This document shows positions 25,225-38,566 of a DNA stretch of 64,000 nucleotides, piece after piece. The translations under genes were made by a program, and so were the position numbers. Source of the DNA: Amphiscolops sp. MND2022. Taxonomy: Eukaryota. Within the stretch, counting starts at the first letter, position 1, and every line of letters begins with the position of its first letter. The notes beneath the pieces are model-generated. The model saw only the letters and a program-made list of their open reading frames with translations, did not search any database and was not told the DNA's origin. Where the stretch lies: the NCBI GenBank assembly GCA_964187785.1, contig OZ076409.1, forward strand, positions 97,032,001 to 97,096,000, given 5' to 3'.

Positions 25225-28200
25225 TGTGACAGGGCTCTGTCAAAAGAAGAAAGTCAAAAACAATTAATTAAAGACATATGAGTGACATAAACATTTAGCC
25301 AATTGTACATTTATTTAATTACTTATTTACAAATAATGTACCAGTAAAACAATAGAGTTTCAACTCTAACATTGGCTCAGTTGCCATATGGTCTTATACG
25401 AATAGAGTATTGCTTCCCGTCTTTTGACCTGAAACAAGATTCACAGTGAATACTATAATAAACTTTAGTTATCCATTCACGATAACCTAACTCTATGACA
25501 TGGCGCTGCAAGGCGAACCACGAACCAGCTCTTCAATTGCTGGGTTACCTATTTACTGGCAGGAGGCAACAAAACCTCCAGAACTAGAATGGGAAAAATG
25601 GATGGAGTTATTCGAAGTTGCACTTATGGCCAAAAGCAACATATCGGTAGCAGAACTTACAAAAACTACCGGAAATAAAGACAAAAGTCTCATGGGAGAC
25701 ATGGAAGAAGCAACGGCAATGAAGAAAGCAAACAGTGTATTATACCTGGCATTGGGAATGGCAGCAAGGAAGACAATTTCAGACAAATTTCCAACGGTAA
25801 ACATAGCAAGAATAACCCTGGAAGATTTAATCAAAACATGTAAAGAATGTTTTGAAAAACCGAAAAATGAAACACTGGATCGATTTAAATTCCTGAGCCG
25901 TAAACAAAAGGAAAATGAAACGCTGAGACAATTCTGGAATTACTTAAACGGACTGGCAGCAAAATGTAACTTTGGAAACATAACTGAAAGTTTGGTGAAA
26001 GATGTCTTCATAGTGAATTTGAATAATAAAGATGTACAACAGAAATTGTGCACAAAACCCAAAAGCACAATTGCTGACACTATTCAATTCGCAATATCAT
26101 ACGAAGAGGGAGCATTACGACAACAGTCATTCGAAAAAATGGATAAACCAAACATAAAACCAGAACCGAACGAAATAAACAACATAACATCAGGAACGAA
26201 ACGCTGGGGACCAACAAAAAAGTGTTTCAGATGCGAAGCCCCATTCAGCCCACAACACCTTAAAGAATGTAAAGCGATGGGAATAACATGCATGAAATGC
26301 GGAAAAAAGGGACACTTCGCAAAGTGCTGCCAAACCAGGGGTGCAGGAAACTTTGCGAAAAGCAGAAAAATAATTAAAGCACCGGCACAAAGCATTCAAA
26401 GAATAGACGAATGGGAAGAAAGTAGCTCAGGCTCAATAATAGAAGAAGACAAAATCGTATTAACAATCGAAGGAGGAGAAAACGGACAATTCTTCATGAG
26501 CGGGAAGATAAATGGTAACCAATTCAAGACGATGGTAGACTCAGGTTCACCAGTAACGATCTTTGAAATTGAGGAAATTAAAAGAATAATGAAGAGAAAA
26601 ACAATATTCATACGACAACTACCCGAAGATGAAGAACACGTAGACTTCAACAAAAGAAAGCTGAACCTACTGGGCTATTTATTCTGCCAACTGGAAGTGG
26701 GAGAAAGCAAAATGCAAAAAGCAAGGATACTGGTAGCAGAAAGAGGAGCCAAATCACTAATCGGAAGAGATTGATTAAACGCCTTCAACTATAAATTTGT
26801 CTCCCCCAATCAGAATGAAGGTAAACCAATTATTTGTAAAATAACAAGTGGAACTACGAAACCAATTAAAACAACTTAACCAAGCGAGACAACTAAACCA
26901 GAAAAGTGGAACGACAAACAAAACGAACAAATAAAATTAAAACAGCAATTTAAAGATTTATTCGAGCGAGAAGGAAAACTGAACAAACATAAGGTGCGAA
27001 TCGAATTTAAACAAAATGCCAAAATATCACAACAAAAAGGTAGAAGAGTACCAGTACAATTACAAGAGGCGATACAAAAAGAAATTGAAAGACTATTGGA
27101 AGAAGGACATATAGAAAAGGTAAATGAAGTAACAGATAAACAATTCATCCAACCTGTGGTAATCACAGTGAAGAAAGATAAAAGTGTGAAAATCGCACTA
27201 GACTCGAGGGCGTTAAACAACGAAATTGTGAAAGATAAATACCAAATGCCAAATTTAGATTTGGTAGCCGAACAACTTGACAATAAAGAACAAGAAAAAG
27301 CATTCTACACGTCACTATACATGCGTTATGCGTATGGACAAGTGCCGCTAGAAGAAGAAACAGCAAAACACTGTAATTTCCAAATTATAGGTGGGAAAGC
27401 CACCGGTACATATAGATTTATTACAGGATTTTATGGATTAACCATAATGCCCACAGAGTTCCAAAAAGCAATGGACAAGGAACTAGCAAATTTACAAAAC
27501 ACGTATGTATTTCTAGACGATATACTAATTGTAACAAAGGGCACAAAAGAAAAACACTTTGAAGCAGTAAAACAAGTACTAAAAAGATTGGATAACGCAA
27601 ATGTTAGATTAAAGTGGGAAAAATGCAAATTTGCTGAAGAAGAAATAGAATGGTTAGGATATAAACTGTCTCAAACCGGGACAAAACCAATCAATTCAAA
27701 GGTACAAGCCATAACGGAAAAACTCACCCCAAAGAGCTTAAAAGAATTAAAGTCGTACTTGGGAGCGGTAAATCAGCTAAATCGCTTCATCCCAAATTTA
27801 GCCCAATCATGCCATGAATTAAGGCCACTGTTAAAAAAGGACCAACCATGGAAATGGGAAGAAACACCCGATAAAGCAATCCAAAAAATTAACGAAAAGG
27901 TAAAACAAGTAACAGAAGTAGGACACTTCAAACGAAGTTGCCCAATCAGAATTATTTGCGACGCTAGCAAATTAGGATTGGGCGCAGTACTGCAGCAAAA
28001 GGACGGAAACGAAAATAACTGGAGACCAATACATTTTGCGTCAAGATTCTTAACACCCCTGGAATGCAAATTTTCAATAAATGAACTAGAATTGCTCGCT
28101 GTCGTCTTGGCCGTAGAGCACTTTAAAAATTACTTGTACGGTACAAAATTTCAAATAGTCTCTGACCATAAAGCATTGGCCTCAGTACTAAAAGGAAACA

Positions 28201-30583
28201 AGAAGAATAAAAAATATTCAAGCCGACTAACAAGATGGGTGGACCGCCTCCTCCCATTTGAATTTGAAATTTTCCACGCACCAGGCAGAACAATGGGAAT
28301 CGCAGATTACCTTTCACGCCACCCATCACCAATAGAAGGAGAGAGCATAAATGCATCAGAACTTTGGAACACATGGTTCACAGTGAACCACGTAAATAAC
28401 TTGAATGACGTTTTAGCAGAAGAAATAAATCAACCAATCAGAGGACGACGCTGGCTAAAGCTACCGAGAAATGACAAACGAAGCAAGAGTGCACAATTGC
28501 CGGTAAAGAACAAACAAACAGCAGCTCATTCAAACAACACGCTGACCAACAAAATGGGACAAACCCAATCTGCTGAAGAATTATCAGGTATTGGAAATTC
28601 ACAGATCTCAAACAAATTAAAACCAAAATTGAATCTAGCAAATCAAATCGGACAAAACCTACTCACAGCCAATTACCAAGATGATGAATTCCTACAGAAA
28701 ATAATCAGTATAGTCAAAAATCCAACAAAAGCAAAAATAAAAAGTCTAGAAAGTCCCTGGCGCGAACGATTCAATTTTTTATCACTAGATGAAAATGACT
28801 TACTTTACATCGATGATCGCCTCATCATTCCCACAATTCTGCAAGCACCAATTAAAAATTCTTTACACTGGGGACACCCAGGAAGAGATATTATGCTGCA
28901 GCAAATTAGTAACATCTGGTGGCCACGTATTCATCGTGATATCTCACTATTGGCGAAAAGTTGCTCAAATTGCCAAAAAGCAGGTAAGTCAATAAAACCC
29001 CTTCCAAAACAACAAAATTTCGGTAAAATACCAATTCCTGAAGAAGTAAATGACGAAATTGCAATTGATTTCGCAGGCCCATTTAAAAGAGCAAGAAGTT
29101 CCAAAAAGTATTTAATAGTCTCAATCGATAGTAAAACCGGTTGGCAAGACGCAAAATTCTTGAGAGCCCCCACAACGCGAAAAGTAAATGAATTTTTACA
29201 AAGATACATTGCAGATAATGGAATTCCCAAACAATTTAGAACAGATCCCGGTACAGCATTCACCAGCAAAGAATTCAAAAAATTTTGCGAAAAATATTTC
29301 ATAAAACACATCAAATGCCCAGTAAATGACCATAAAGGTAATGGAAAAGTCGAAAGACTAATAAGAACAATAAACGAACGATTGAGAACTAACCAAAACA
29401 ATATACTCGATAAAGATAATACAGGCCTATCTGAAATGCTTTACGCACTACGAGGGGCAAAGAAACCAGATAACTCATGCCCAGCGGAACTAAAAAATAA
29501 ACGAAAATATACTACTATCAAAGACATCATTACTACTAAACCAACTAAAAACTACAAGGCTTTAGATAACGACAATACCTTTCAATTGGAGATGTCTGAT
29601 TTTCCGGGAGAACAAGATTCGGAAATTCTTGTACGAGAACGAGCCAGAGGTACTAAATTAGATGGCCTCTACAAAAAGAAGAAGGGCGTGATAATTGGCG
29701 AAACAGATCACACAATAACGATCGACAATAAGAAACGCCAACCAACTACACTCAGCAAACGCGACGTGGCAATAACAAAAGAACCGCAGCCCTCAACAAG
29801 CAAGCAAACAGCACGCAAACTGCACTACGAACAGCCACCAGAAAACAGATATCAACCAATCAAAAGCGGCCAACCAAAGAAATCAAAGAAAAAGGCAAAA
29901 CTACCAACAGAATTCAAAAAACTAGCCAATTGGGAACAGCTAGCAAACGAATCCACTGATGAAGAGGAGGAGAAAAGGGTGCGACAAAAAGCACCAATAA
30001 AAGCAACAACTACATGGGAGAAAACCCCAAAAATCGAACCCAAAGACTCAGAAGAAGAAGAAACAAACAGCCAACAATCCAACCAATCAAACGAACGCCC
30101 AAAACGAGATAGAAAGACGCCATAGTATTTCGGAAATCCGGTAATGATCTGTGGAATTGAACAACCACCAGAGATCATTACAATCTCATCATCTAACGAA
30201 GATTAAATACCACTGTAGAAACAACTAACAAGTAGCGGAAGCAAATAGAAGAGACACAACTATTTATGTTCATTTTGTTGACCGAACGTCAAGAACTGAG
30301 AGGGGAATGTGACAGGGCTCTGTCAAAAGAAGAAACTCAAAAACAATTAATTAAAGACATATGAGTGACATAAACATTTAGCCAATTGTACATTTATTTA
30401 ATTACTTATTTACAAATAATGTACCAGTAAAACTATAGAGTTTCAACTCTAACATTGGCTCAGTTGCCATATGGTCTTATACGAATAGAGTATTGCTTCC
30501 CGTCTTTTGACCTGAAACAAGATTCACAGTGAATACTATAATAAACTTTAGTTATCCATTCACGATAACCTAACTCTATAACA
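25225..30583 (+). mobile_element. Full-length Ty3/Gypsy (Mag-like) LTR retrotransposon 2
   Basis: 276-bp LTRs 25225-25500 and 30308-30583 (3 substitutions seen); 5-bp TSD CTCAC; PBS TGGCGCTGCAAG; PPT GAGAGGGGAA. Confidence 0.95.
25500..30206 (+). pseudogene. Single-frame gag-pol of element 2 with three in-frame stops
   Basis: ORFs 25500 and 26994 share a frame; stops at 26772 (TGA), 26877 (TAA), 30123 (TAG); Zn knuckles CFRC..HLKEC and CMKCGKKGHFAKCC, protease VDSGS, RT FLDD, RNase H CDAS/ELELLA/SDHKAL, integrase HWGH..CSNC, IDFAG, TDPG, KVER. Confidence 0.92.
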
Positions 30584-31119
30584 CTCACAGAGGAGCCAAA
30601 GGGCCCAATTGTCTTTCATGTGAATCTTCTAAGGAGATTTCGCAGAATTTTGACATTCCAAACACGTCTAAGCAGCATTGCATTTTGTACACCTTAAGCT
30701 GACTTGAGACTTTTCCGAGAGGTTGAAAACCTTAATTGAATAAAACCTAGAAGCTGTCATACTTCAAATTGTAACTTTAATTAACAAAGGCTTCATTAAG
30801 CAGAACTTCATCGATATTCTGTTCATAAATGTATCGTCTGGTTCGTAATTTTTGACATTTTATTGGTTCCAATATTGCATATCTTGGAAAAACAATTTCC
30901 GACTTGTCAATCAGTTGTTAAAATCAGCTGTTAGGTTAGGTTTTCGATCACATGTTTTGAGTTATCCTGAACATCCGTCAAATATAGCTTTTCTTCCGGT
31001 AATATCTCTTTCGTGGTCAGCAAACTTTGAGAAAAATAAAATTCATCCAGCTCAAATTAGTTGAAGATTTAAAGCAAAAAATTTCCCAACTTGGCGCCTG
31101 CAATTTTCAGAACATGCAT

Positions 31120-31437
31120 GTTTTTTCCATGTTTCAGTGAGCTACATCCATGTTCTTTTCATGTTTCAGTCAGCTACATCCATGTTCTTCTCATGTTTCA
31201 GTCAGCTACATCCATGTTCTTTTCATGTTTCAGTCAGCTACATCCATGTTCTTCTCATGTTTCAGTCAGCTACATCCATGTTCTTTTCATGTTTCTGTCA
31301 GCTACATCCATGTTCTTCTCATGTTTCAGTCAGCTACATCCATGTTCTTTTCATGTTTCAGTCAGCTACATCCATGTTCTTCTCATGTTTCAGTCAGCTA
31401 CATCCATGTTCTTTTCATGTTTCAGTCAGCTACATCA
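31120..31437 (+). repeat. 32-bp minisatellite (10 copies) spanning a splice acceptor
   Basis: Unit GTTCTTYTCATGTTTCAGTCAGCTACATCCAT, with TTTT/TCTC variants alternating; last copy runs into the GPCR exon. Confidence 0.95.
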
Positions 31438-31644
31438 ACGTGTTCATAGTGGCCCGAAGGTCAGCTCTGTTGAGGTCAGCGAACCTCCGCAAGGTCAACA
31501 AGGGGGCACCAAACCCACAAGGAGTCGAGCAGAACAACGAAGAGAACAAGAACAGCAACCGCATACAACTCGAAGCAGACGAAGAAGATGATGACAAAAA
31601 TGACTCATCCTCCGATTCCGACGAACATGCCATCAGTACCAGAG
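31426..31644 (+). CDS. Class A GPCR exon (end of TM5, start of ICL3)
   Basis: Acceptor TTCTTTTCATGTTTCAG, donor AG|GTAAGA; higher GC; encodes xSYINVFIVARRSALLR.., the typical Y-x-x-I/V-F-x-x-A-R-R end of TM5; ends in phase 1. Confidence 0.75.
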
Positions 31645-31699
31645 GTAAGAAAACATTTCCCATTAACTGATCACACCCGAGGTTGGTAAATAGACAAGT

Positions 31700-31875
31700 G
31701 CGTCCCAGTCAAAAGCGCCCCAGTCAAAAGCTCCCAAAATATACATTCAAAAGCGCCCCAGTCATAAGCGCCCCAGTCATAAGCGCCCCAGTCATAAGCA
31801 CCCCAGTCATAAGCGCCCCAGCCATAAGCGCCCCAGTCAAAAGCGCCCAAAATATACATTCAAAAGCGCCCCAAT
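31700..31875. repeat. 15-bp tandem array (AGCGCCCCAGTCATA), probable DNA-transposon subterminal repeats
   Basis: About ten AGCGCCCC-containing units; no partner inverted array seen. Confidence 0.75.
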
Positions 31876-33387
31876 TAAAGGCTACATGGCATTTGCTGAC
31901 TCTTTTCCACCACCCAGCTTAAGCTTCGCACTCCAATTAAATAATCATGAGTTTTCATTTTAAAACATTGTATTGACTAACTAATTGCTTTCTTAAGAAA
32001 TTAATAATTTGCTGGCAGAAATGCTAAAATGAACAATTTAACTCGTTTTCAATTGGAATTTGTTAGGTGTGAAAATTTCAACACATGGCATTACCAGTGA
32101 ATTATTCTTTCATTTTAGCCCCGTCAATAAGATTTAATTAGAGGCCATGATATCGGCTCAAACTTTAGCGAACCGCTTTGAATTGTGGCGCTTTTGTCTG
32201 TACATGCCGAGGTTTCTTTTCTAATTCCACTTTATCTGCAATTTATTTTAAACCTCGTTTTCTTAGTTAAAACTTAGCTTTTCGTGTCTTACCTTTTGAA
32301 ATTTTTGAGTTCATTCGCAGATTAGAATCACACTATCTAACTTTAAGAAGCACATTTTTGTCTATGGGGAAAACCAAATTTTGTTTTCGGTTAATATATA
32401 CAGTTAATCCAAAGTTGTTCGGTTTTGAATTTCCATCCATGATTCATGGCAGCTAATTCCATGGGCCATGTCAAGGACATAGACCATGAATGGGAATCTA
32501 CGGAACATTCATGAATCATGGATGATTATCCATGAACATCCATGATTCATGAAAGACTATTCATGAAACGAACAGTTGATATTGACCTTTACATGCCAAA
32601 AAGAAAATATAAGATGTTGCAAGATTTTTCCGAAAAGTTTGATAAGAAGCGCTTTCTATTTTTAACCGAAAAAAACGCATAAAAATAGTTTTTAGTATGA
32701 CAAAAAACGCAGAAGAAAATAGGAGAAGTATCAACAAGAGTCTTGTAAAAAATTCCAGTAAAATCCTAGTTTCATCAAGAGTCTTTCAACAAATCCAGGA
32801 AAATCCAAGAATACGTTGGGAAAAGCAAGAGGTCTCAAGATTTCCGTTTACAACCTAGCCCGCTGCTAAAAAAACCTGAACCACAAACTTTTGGGAAGGA
32901 AATCTAAAATCATCCAAAATTTATAAGCAACAGAAAAGATTTAAAGTAACTGAAATGAGATGTGAAAATACTGAAATATGAATTGAAGTCACTGAAAAAG
33001 GTACCTAAAATCACTGGAGATAAGTTTTATTAACACCGGAAAATGATTGAAGGTCACTGAAATCATTGAAATATGCTTTGAAATCACTGAAAGAAGATCT
33101 AAAATCACTGAAATATCCTACGATCAGGAAAGGATGGAATGGATTGTCAATAAATAGAAGAAAAATCAGAAACAAATACAATGATTGAAACTTCATCGAT
33201 GGAAAATAAATCAATCAGGTGTCGGATTTGGTTTCCAGCCGCGAACAAATTTCCCAATTTAAATGACAATCTTTATATTGGTACGTGGGATGATCTCTGC
33301 TTGTGAAACCTTTCTGATTCCACGTACCAGGACCCACGACGAGAGCGTGGCCTCCAAAAAGAAAACATCCAAAACAATTTAAGAAAA

Positions 33388-33739
33388 AAGCCGGGAACGG
33401 CCCAAGTCGGCGCCATATCTAAAGCTCAAAAATAGCAAAAGGACTTCAAAGTATCAAGTATTCTCTCCTACAGTATCCGCATGAGGAAAAAATTGAAAAA
33501 AATTCGAAATTTTTTTCAATTTTTTTTGTCCCCTATAAGTCGCATAGTGCCGAAAAATGTAAAAGGGGACCTCAAAAAAGCCTAATTAACCTCTATCTCA
33601 AGTGCCAGTAGAAGTAGTGTGACATTTAGTGTTAGTTCAAGTCAGCTTGTAAAGCTTATAAAATCTGTCACTTCGTTGGTCCTAAAAAAAGAAGTCACTA
33701 CTATAGTCTGCGTTTTTCTGCGAATGCGCCGACTAAAAA
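33388..33739 (-). mobile_element. Helentron/DINE-like element, family A (internally deleted)
   Basis: Both ends are close reverse complements of 3-560 (GCCGGGAACGGCCCAAGTCGGCGCCATATCT .. GCGCCGACTAAAAA). Confidence 0.65.
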
Positions 33740-34327
33740 CTAAAAAACAAAAAGTATACATAAATGCACATATGCTCTGCAGAAAAATTTTCATGCTAAA
33801 TTGCCAAAAAATTGTTTTGTTTTCGATCACGTACATAATCTTCTCAGTTCGGTTCAGTGAAATGCATTAATTTTCGGTGGTCTGCTAAAATGTTATGATG
33901 TAGTAATTTACCATGTGATTAATTCATGATCGATTTGTGAATAATGGTTTGTTTCTTACGTCAAATCACATGTCAAATGAAATTAACTTCCGGTTCTGGA
34001 AAAGGTGTTCACATTTTTGAAGGACAGTTGGGTGAAAAACGAGAAATATTTTGCATTAAAGGGAGGAAGAAGGAAATGAATAGGCAGTGGAAAGAATGAC
34101 ATTGAAAACGTCCAGGCCAAATTAATTGAAAATGGCCATTTCCTGAACTGGACACTTTTATATGATTTACTTTTTTTCCAAATTTTTCACAAATTAGAGA
34201 AAAACATGACGAGAACGCCTGAAGGAAAAACCTATGTTGAAGAAAATATTCAATAATCGAATATTCAAGTTCGATTTTTTTTCTGTCAAACAAAATTCCA
34301 TAGTGCCAAAAAACCCAGGAAACACTT

Positions 34328-34927
34328 TTAAGGAGTCGGAAAAAGTTTTCGACTACTTATCCAATCGTGTCGTTTTATTTTGTTTTTTTTTCTCCCGACC
34401 TTTCAATGAAAATTTCAAATTTCTCAAAAATTGTCCAACCATATTTATGAAATTTTACAGTCATTCTACACCCGAAGGGGCCCCTGCATGCGCAAAGGCA
34501 TCCAAATTGTATGACTGGAATGTGAGAAACATAGCCAAAATTAGCCCAAAAATGGCCAAAATTAGCCAAAAAACAGCCCATTTTCGACATTTTACAATTT
34601 TCTCAAAAACTCTCCATACGATTCGAACGAAATTTTCTACAGTCTTTCTACAGCAAAATAGAGTCCTATATGTGCAATGGCATTACAATCGTATGGCTGG
34701 GATGTGAGAAACAGGCAAAATTAATCAAAAAATGGCCAAAAACAGCCATGTTTCAACTTTTTTCGATTTCCTCAAAACTTCTCTATACGAATCGAACGAA
34801 ATTTTCTACAGTCATTCTACACCATAAAATGGTCTTATATGTGCAATTTCAATAAAATCGAATAACTGGGATTCGAGCGAGTCAGAAGGAAAAGGGCCTA
34901 AGCTGACTCCTTTACCAGCTCTGGTTT
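34328..34927 (+). mobile_element. Helentron/DINE-like element, family B
   Basis: 5' subTIR AAGGAGTCG with adjacent partial complement CGACTACTT; 3' subTIR TGACTCCTT followed by stem-loop ACCAG-CT-CTGGT; T flanks; internal ~175-bp imperfect duplication. Confidence 0.55.
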
Positions 34928-35181
34928 AAACATGCAAAGGGACCCTATTGTCAGAATTTATCATTTCTATCGAGCCAAAATACCCGAAGGGATGCTTATA
35001 AGACTCAAAAACCGCTTTTTTCTAACAGGAAAAAATCGAATTTTCCTCTGAGAAAATCTCATGTTGCCGAAACAGAAGATTTAGACTCGCAAACCACTTT
35101 TTCTAAGTCAAGAATTTCTTCAGAAATAAAGGGGTACCCTTTGACCGAATCGAAATTTTATATCGAAAAAAAACCTCATAG

Positions 35182-36838
35182 TGTCGCAGGCTGTCGCCTG
35201 TGACGGTACCCTATACCAACTATTGCCAGAAAATAACGAGACACTACCAGCACCTGCGGTATTACCCATCTAAAACAATCTTCAGAACACTCGCCTTGTA
35301 TTTATTGTGCTATTTTATATTCAAGATAGGTAATTTGACTGAACTGTAGTGAGTAATCACATAGTTTCGCCATTTGTTATTCTCGACCTAAGGTCAATTT
35401 ACCTGCATACCAATGATGCATGTCTTTTGAAAATGTCATTGTAACAACTATTTGTGAGATGTTACATTAGTATGGTTGTAAACAACCACTCAAGACCTAC
35501 AAATACGATGGATAGATATCGACGTAAAGTTTAAAATATTTTGCGCCCTGTAAATGCTCTTTGAATTGCTTTTACTCGCCAAACTTGAAACGCGTTCAAC
35601 TGGTATCGCATTGCAGTCCAGTTGACGCTTGGTCACACCAGCAGCTAATCAAGCACAGTGCTTGCCAATTTTGGAAGCTTACTATAGTCAACAGGACATT
35701 GCGTCAACTTTCAAGTGTGTGTAGCCTAATAGTTAGTTGATGCAGTTACTTTGACGCTGAGTCAATTGTTTGTTTTGTAGTATAAGCTAAACATGAAATG
35801 TATTCATAGCCACCTTTAATGCGCTTTCTTGGCAATGTGATGTTACGTCACAAATCGTTATGTTCTATTTATAGATATTATGAAGTAATACTAGGGTATT
35901 ATTATTTTTAGAGTATGACGTCATTTACTATATTTTTATCATGACCATCAAAATATTGCATGTCACGGTGCTAGTACTATACAAACCAGGACGCCTAGCC
36001 AGCGGGGATACAACCTCTGATACGAATATTTGCAACAAGACGATCAGAAATGTCAATCCATGACTTACAATCAAAACTGATCGTATTATTGTTCTCAACG
36101 TTGAGTATCTAGTAATTTCCTTGGATACACCCAATTTAGTACTGAAAGTCACAAAGTTGTTTCATTTTTTCAGCATAATCATTTCTTTACTATGCCTTCA
36201 GCTAGAAAGCAAAAGGCAAGAGAGAAAGGTTCCAGACAATCTGACGTGATGTCGGATATCGAAAATCTAGATGTGATGTTAGGTACTTTCCAAAAAAAGA
36301 TAAAGTAAGAGATGAAAACGCCAGAGAAGCAGATTTTGACTTAGAGTCTAGTAGACGTCAAGAAGAATCTAATATGGTTGGGGGAGACTTTAGGACGCTT
36401 TTCAATACTAATGCAAGTAAAAATAGTGAAATTACTGTTGAGACTAGTAGAGCAATCAATTCAGAAATTTCTTCACAAATGTCTAGAAAACTTGAGGAAT
36501 TGAAAGCAGATCTAAATTCACACATAGTTGACGTAATTAACTCTGCTCTTGAGGAAAAGGTAATTCCGGGCATTAAAAATGCTATAGAATGTCAGAATTC
36601 AGATAAAACCACAAATTTGGACCTTCGGTCAAATGGACCGCATCCGAGTAATTTTGGTCAAGTACGTACTCAGAGGGACTTAAGGTCAAATGGACTGCAT
36701 CCTGAAAAGATTATCCAAGGGGCTCAGGATGCTCAGAAAGACTTCCCAAGGTTAGTAGCAATGAGTAGTAACCGAATACATCGCTGTAGAGAGAATTCGA
36801 CGGATTCTAATCAAAATGATGAGGATGACGGTTCGACA
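35182..36838 (+). mobile_element. Solo LTR (1657 bp) containing a gag-like ORF start
   Basis: Ends TGTCG..CGACA; perfect 5-bp TSD CATAG (35177-35181, 36839-36843) splitting a CATAGTGCC motif of an older repeat. Confidence 0.75.
36192..36838 (+). pseudogene. Frameshifted gag-like N-terminal ORF inside the solo LTR
   Basis: ATG 36192 MPSARKQKAREKGSRQSDVMSDIENLDVMLG, frameshift near the A-run at ~36295, continues in the frame of ORF 36374 (coiled-coil-like SRAINSEISSQMSRKLEELKADLNSHI) to the LTR end. Confidence 0.55.
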
Positions 36839-37747
36839 CATAGTGCCAAAAACACAGGAATCCATATGTTTCATCAGTCCCACGGGATCAAAAGAATAAC
36901 CGAAGATGTCACCCTTAAAGCTTGCAGAAAATATTTCCTTGACAGAAAACCTCAAAAACCGAATATTCAGTGAGAAAAAATTTTAATTTTTATTTGTTTT
37001 TTAAAGATTTCGAAAAATGTTTTTTCGAATCTTCTATGAGTCGTTTAGTGCCGAAAAATCTGAAGAGCAGTTCTATTCCCGCAAAACGCTTTGTGTCTGC
37101 TAAATATTGAAGGAAGGCAACTCGGTTGTTTCAAAAAATTCAAAAAAAGTCAAATAGCAAAAACACTCAAAGAGGTGTGACCCTTTGGTCTTTCCTGTAC
37201 TATCCCAAGGATAAATAAAGACTTCAAAAAAGTCGTACAGTGCCGAAAATCGCAAAAGAGAGGACATTTTGGGTCTTTTTATCATCCAGTTTGTTGCAGA
37301 AAATCACAGTACTTTTGGTGAAATCTAGAAAGTTTGGTAACCAGAGGCGGTATCGTTTGGAAGCGCCAGAGATTACCAGCTAGTAAGGTAGGAAAACATA
37401 GAGAAGTTCTGTAAAAACGTCTGCGATAGTCAGGCTTCTATAGTTTTCGCAAAAAGGGCCCACTAAAAACACTAATCTCCTTAAATAAGCTCAAAGTGGT
37501 TATTAGGAGAATTTCTATTGTTCTCAGAGTGCCGAAATATCCACGAAGAACCTTTTGGGTTCGAAGTATGCTCTCATTTAATTGATGGAACATGTTATGA
37601 GCCAAATGATGAAAAACACTTTCTTCAACAATAAAGTCGCACAATACCGAAAGGCTTTAAAAAGGAATTCTTTGGTCTTTTACATAAGCAGCGGTGTCGA
37701 AAAACTTTGATGGTAGTGGGAATCGAACCGCGTCCTGCTGTTCTAAA

Positions 37748-38310
37748 ATCTAAGGCTCAAAACTTGAAGTTTTGATTTTTTTCTTTCGGAAAATTTCGTA
37801 TAGTGCCGAAAAATGCATAGTCCTTTCATGCTCGATAAGACTCGGAAACCACTTTTTCCCCAACTGGGAACAAAAAAAACATTTTTTTTTTTGAAAAATC
37901 GGATTTTTTTCTTTTGGAAAATGACCCATAGTGCCGAAATATGTAAAAGGGGGACTTTTGGTTTTAACAAACATTCTGTTGCAAAATAACAAACTTCAGT
38001 TTGCTGCAAAATATCAAAAAACTTGACGGGGGACTCTTTGGCGACAAAAAAATTGAAAAAAAGTCCTACAGGGCCGAAAAAACGAAGGGTGGGGACTCTA
38101 TAGACTCGTCCGGTAAAAAAAGTTAAAAAAAATGAAAAGGGGACCCTTTGCACAGGTTTACCTTGGCCGGAGTTGGTCTGAGTAGTTGAGTAGTTTTAGT
38201 AGTTTCTGTAAAAAAAGTGGACCGATCAGTGTGATGTCTGTCATCTGAAAAAAGGTCACTGTAAGAGTCTGGCATCTTTCCTTAAAAGGAAAAAGCGCCG
38301 ACTAAAAAAA
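37748..38310 (-). mobile_element. Helentron/DINE-like element, family A (truncated)
   Basis: ATCTAAGGCTCAAAA, repeated TAGTGCCGAAAA motifs, terminal AAAAGCGCCGACTAAAAA. Confidence 0.55.
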
Positions 38311-38384
38311 AAGAAACAGAAATGATTGTATTTTTTGGCAATTGATTGTTTTCAAGGTCTTTCATTTTTGCGTTTCGTTCTCAG

Positions 38385-38566
38385 TCCAAACCAGGAAGCC
38401 CCAAAGCAGCTTGAAGCCCCGATGGTTGCGAAAGAAACAGCGCCAAGAGAACAATGATGACACCTTAGCCGGTGTGTCATATCAACCTGCCAAAATGTCA
38501 ATCATCCACACTGGGGTGACTGCTATAGATAACAACAACCCCGCTATCCCCAACATCGACGCACAG
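38385..38566 (+). CDS. Candidate GPCR ICL3 exon
   Basis: Acceptor TTTTGCGTTTCGTTCTCAG, phase 1 start matches the preceding exon; donor CAG|GTGTCC (weak) in phase 0 matches the next exon; GC-richer open frame. Confidence 0.55.

Noticed and set aside
19173..30178. Antisense ORFs over the Gypsy elements
   Set aside because: Shadow ORFs of A-rich coding strands, no motifs
31091..31591. Hydrophobic repeat proteins in three frames
   Set aside because: Products of the 32-bp minisatellite; only the frame continuing into the GPCR exon is meaningful
31671..31922. GAYDW / SAPVI pentapeptide-repeat ORFs
   Set aside because: Translations of a 15-bp DNA repeat on both strands
34234..34855. 157-aa and 61-aa ORFs
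   Set aside because: Lie within a non-autonomous repeat with an internal duplication; no protein features
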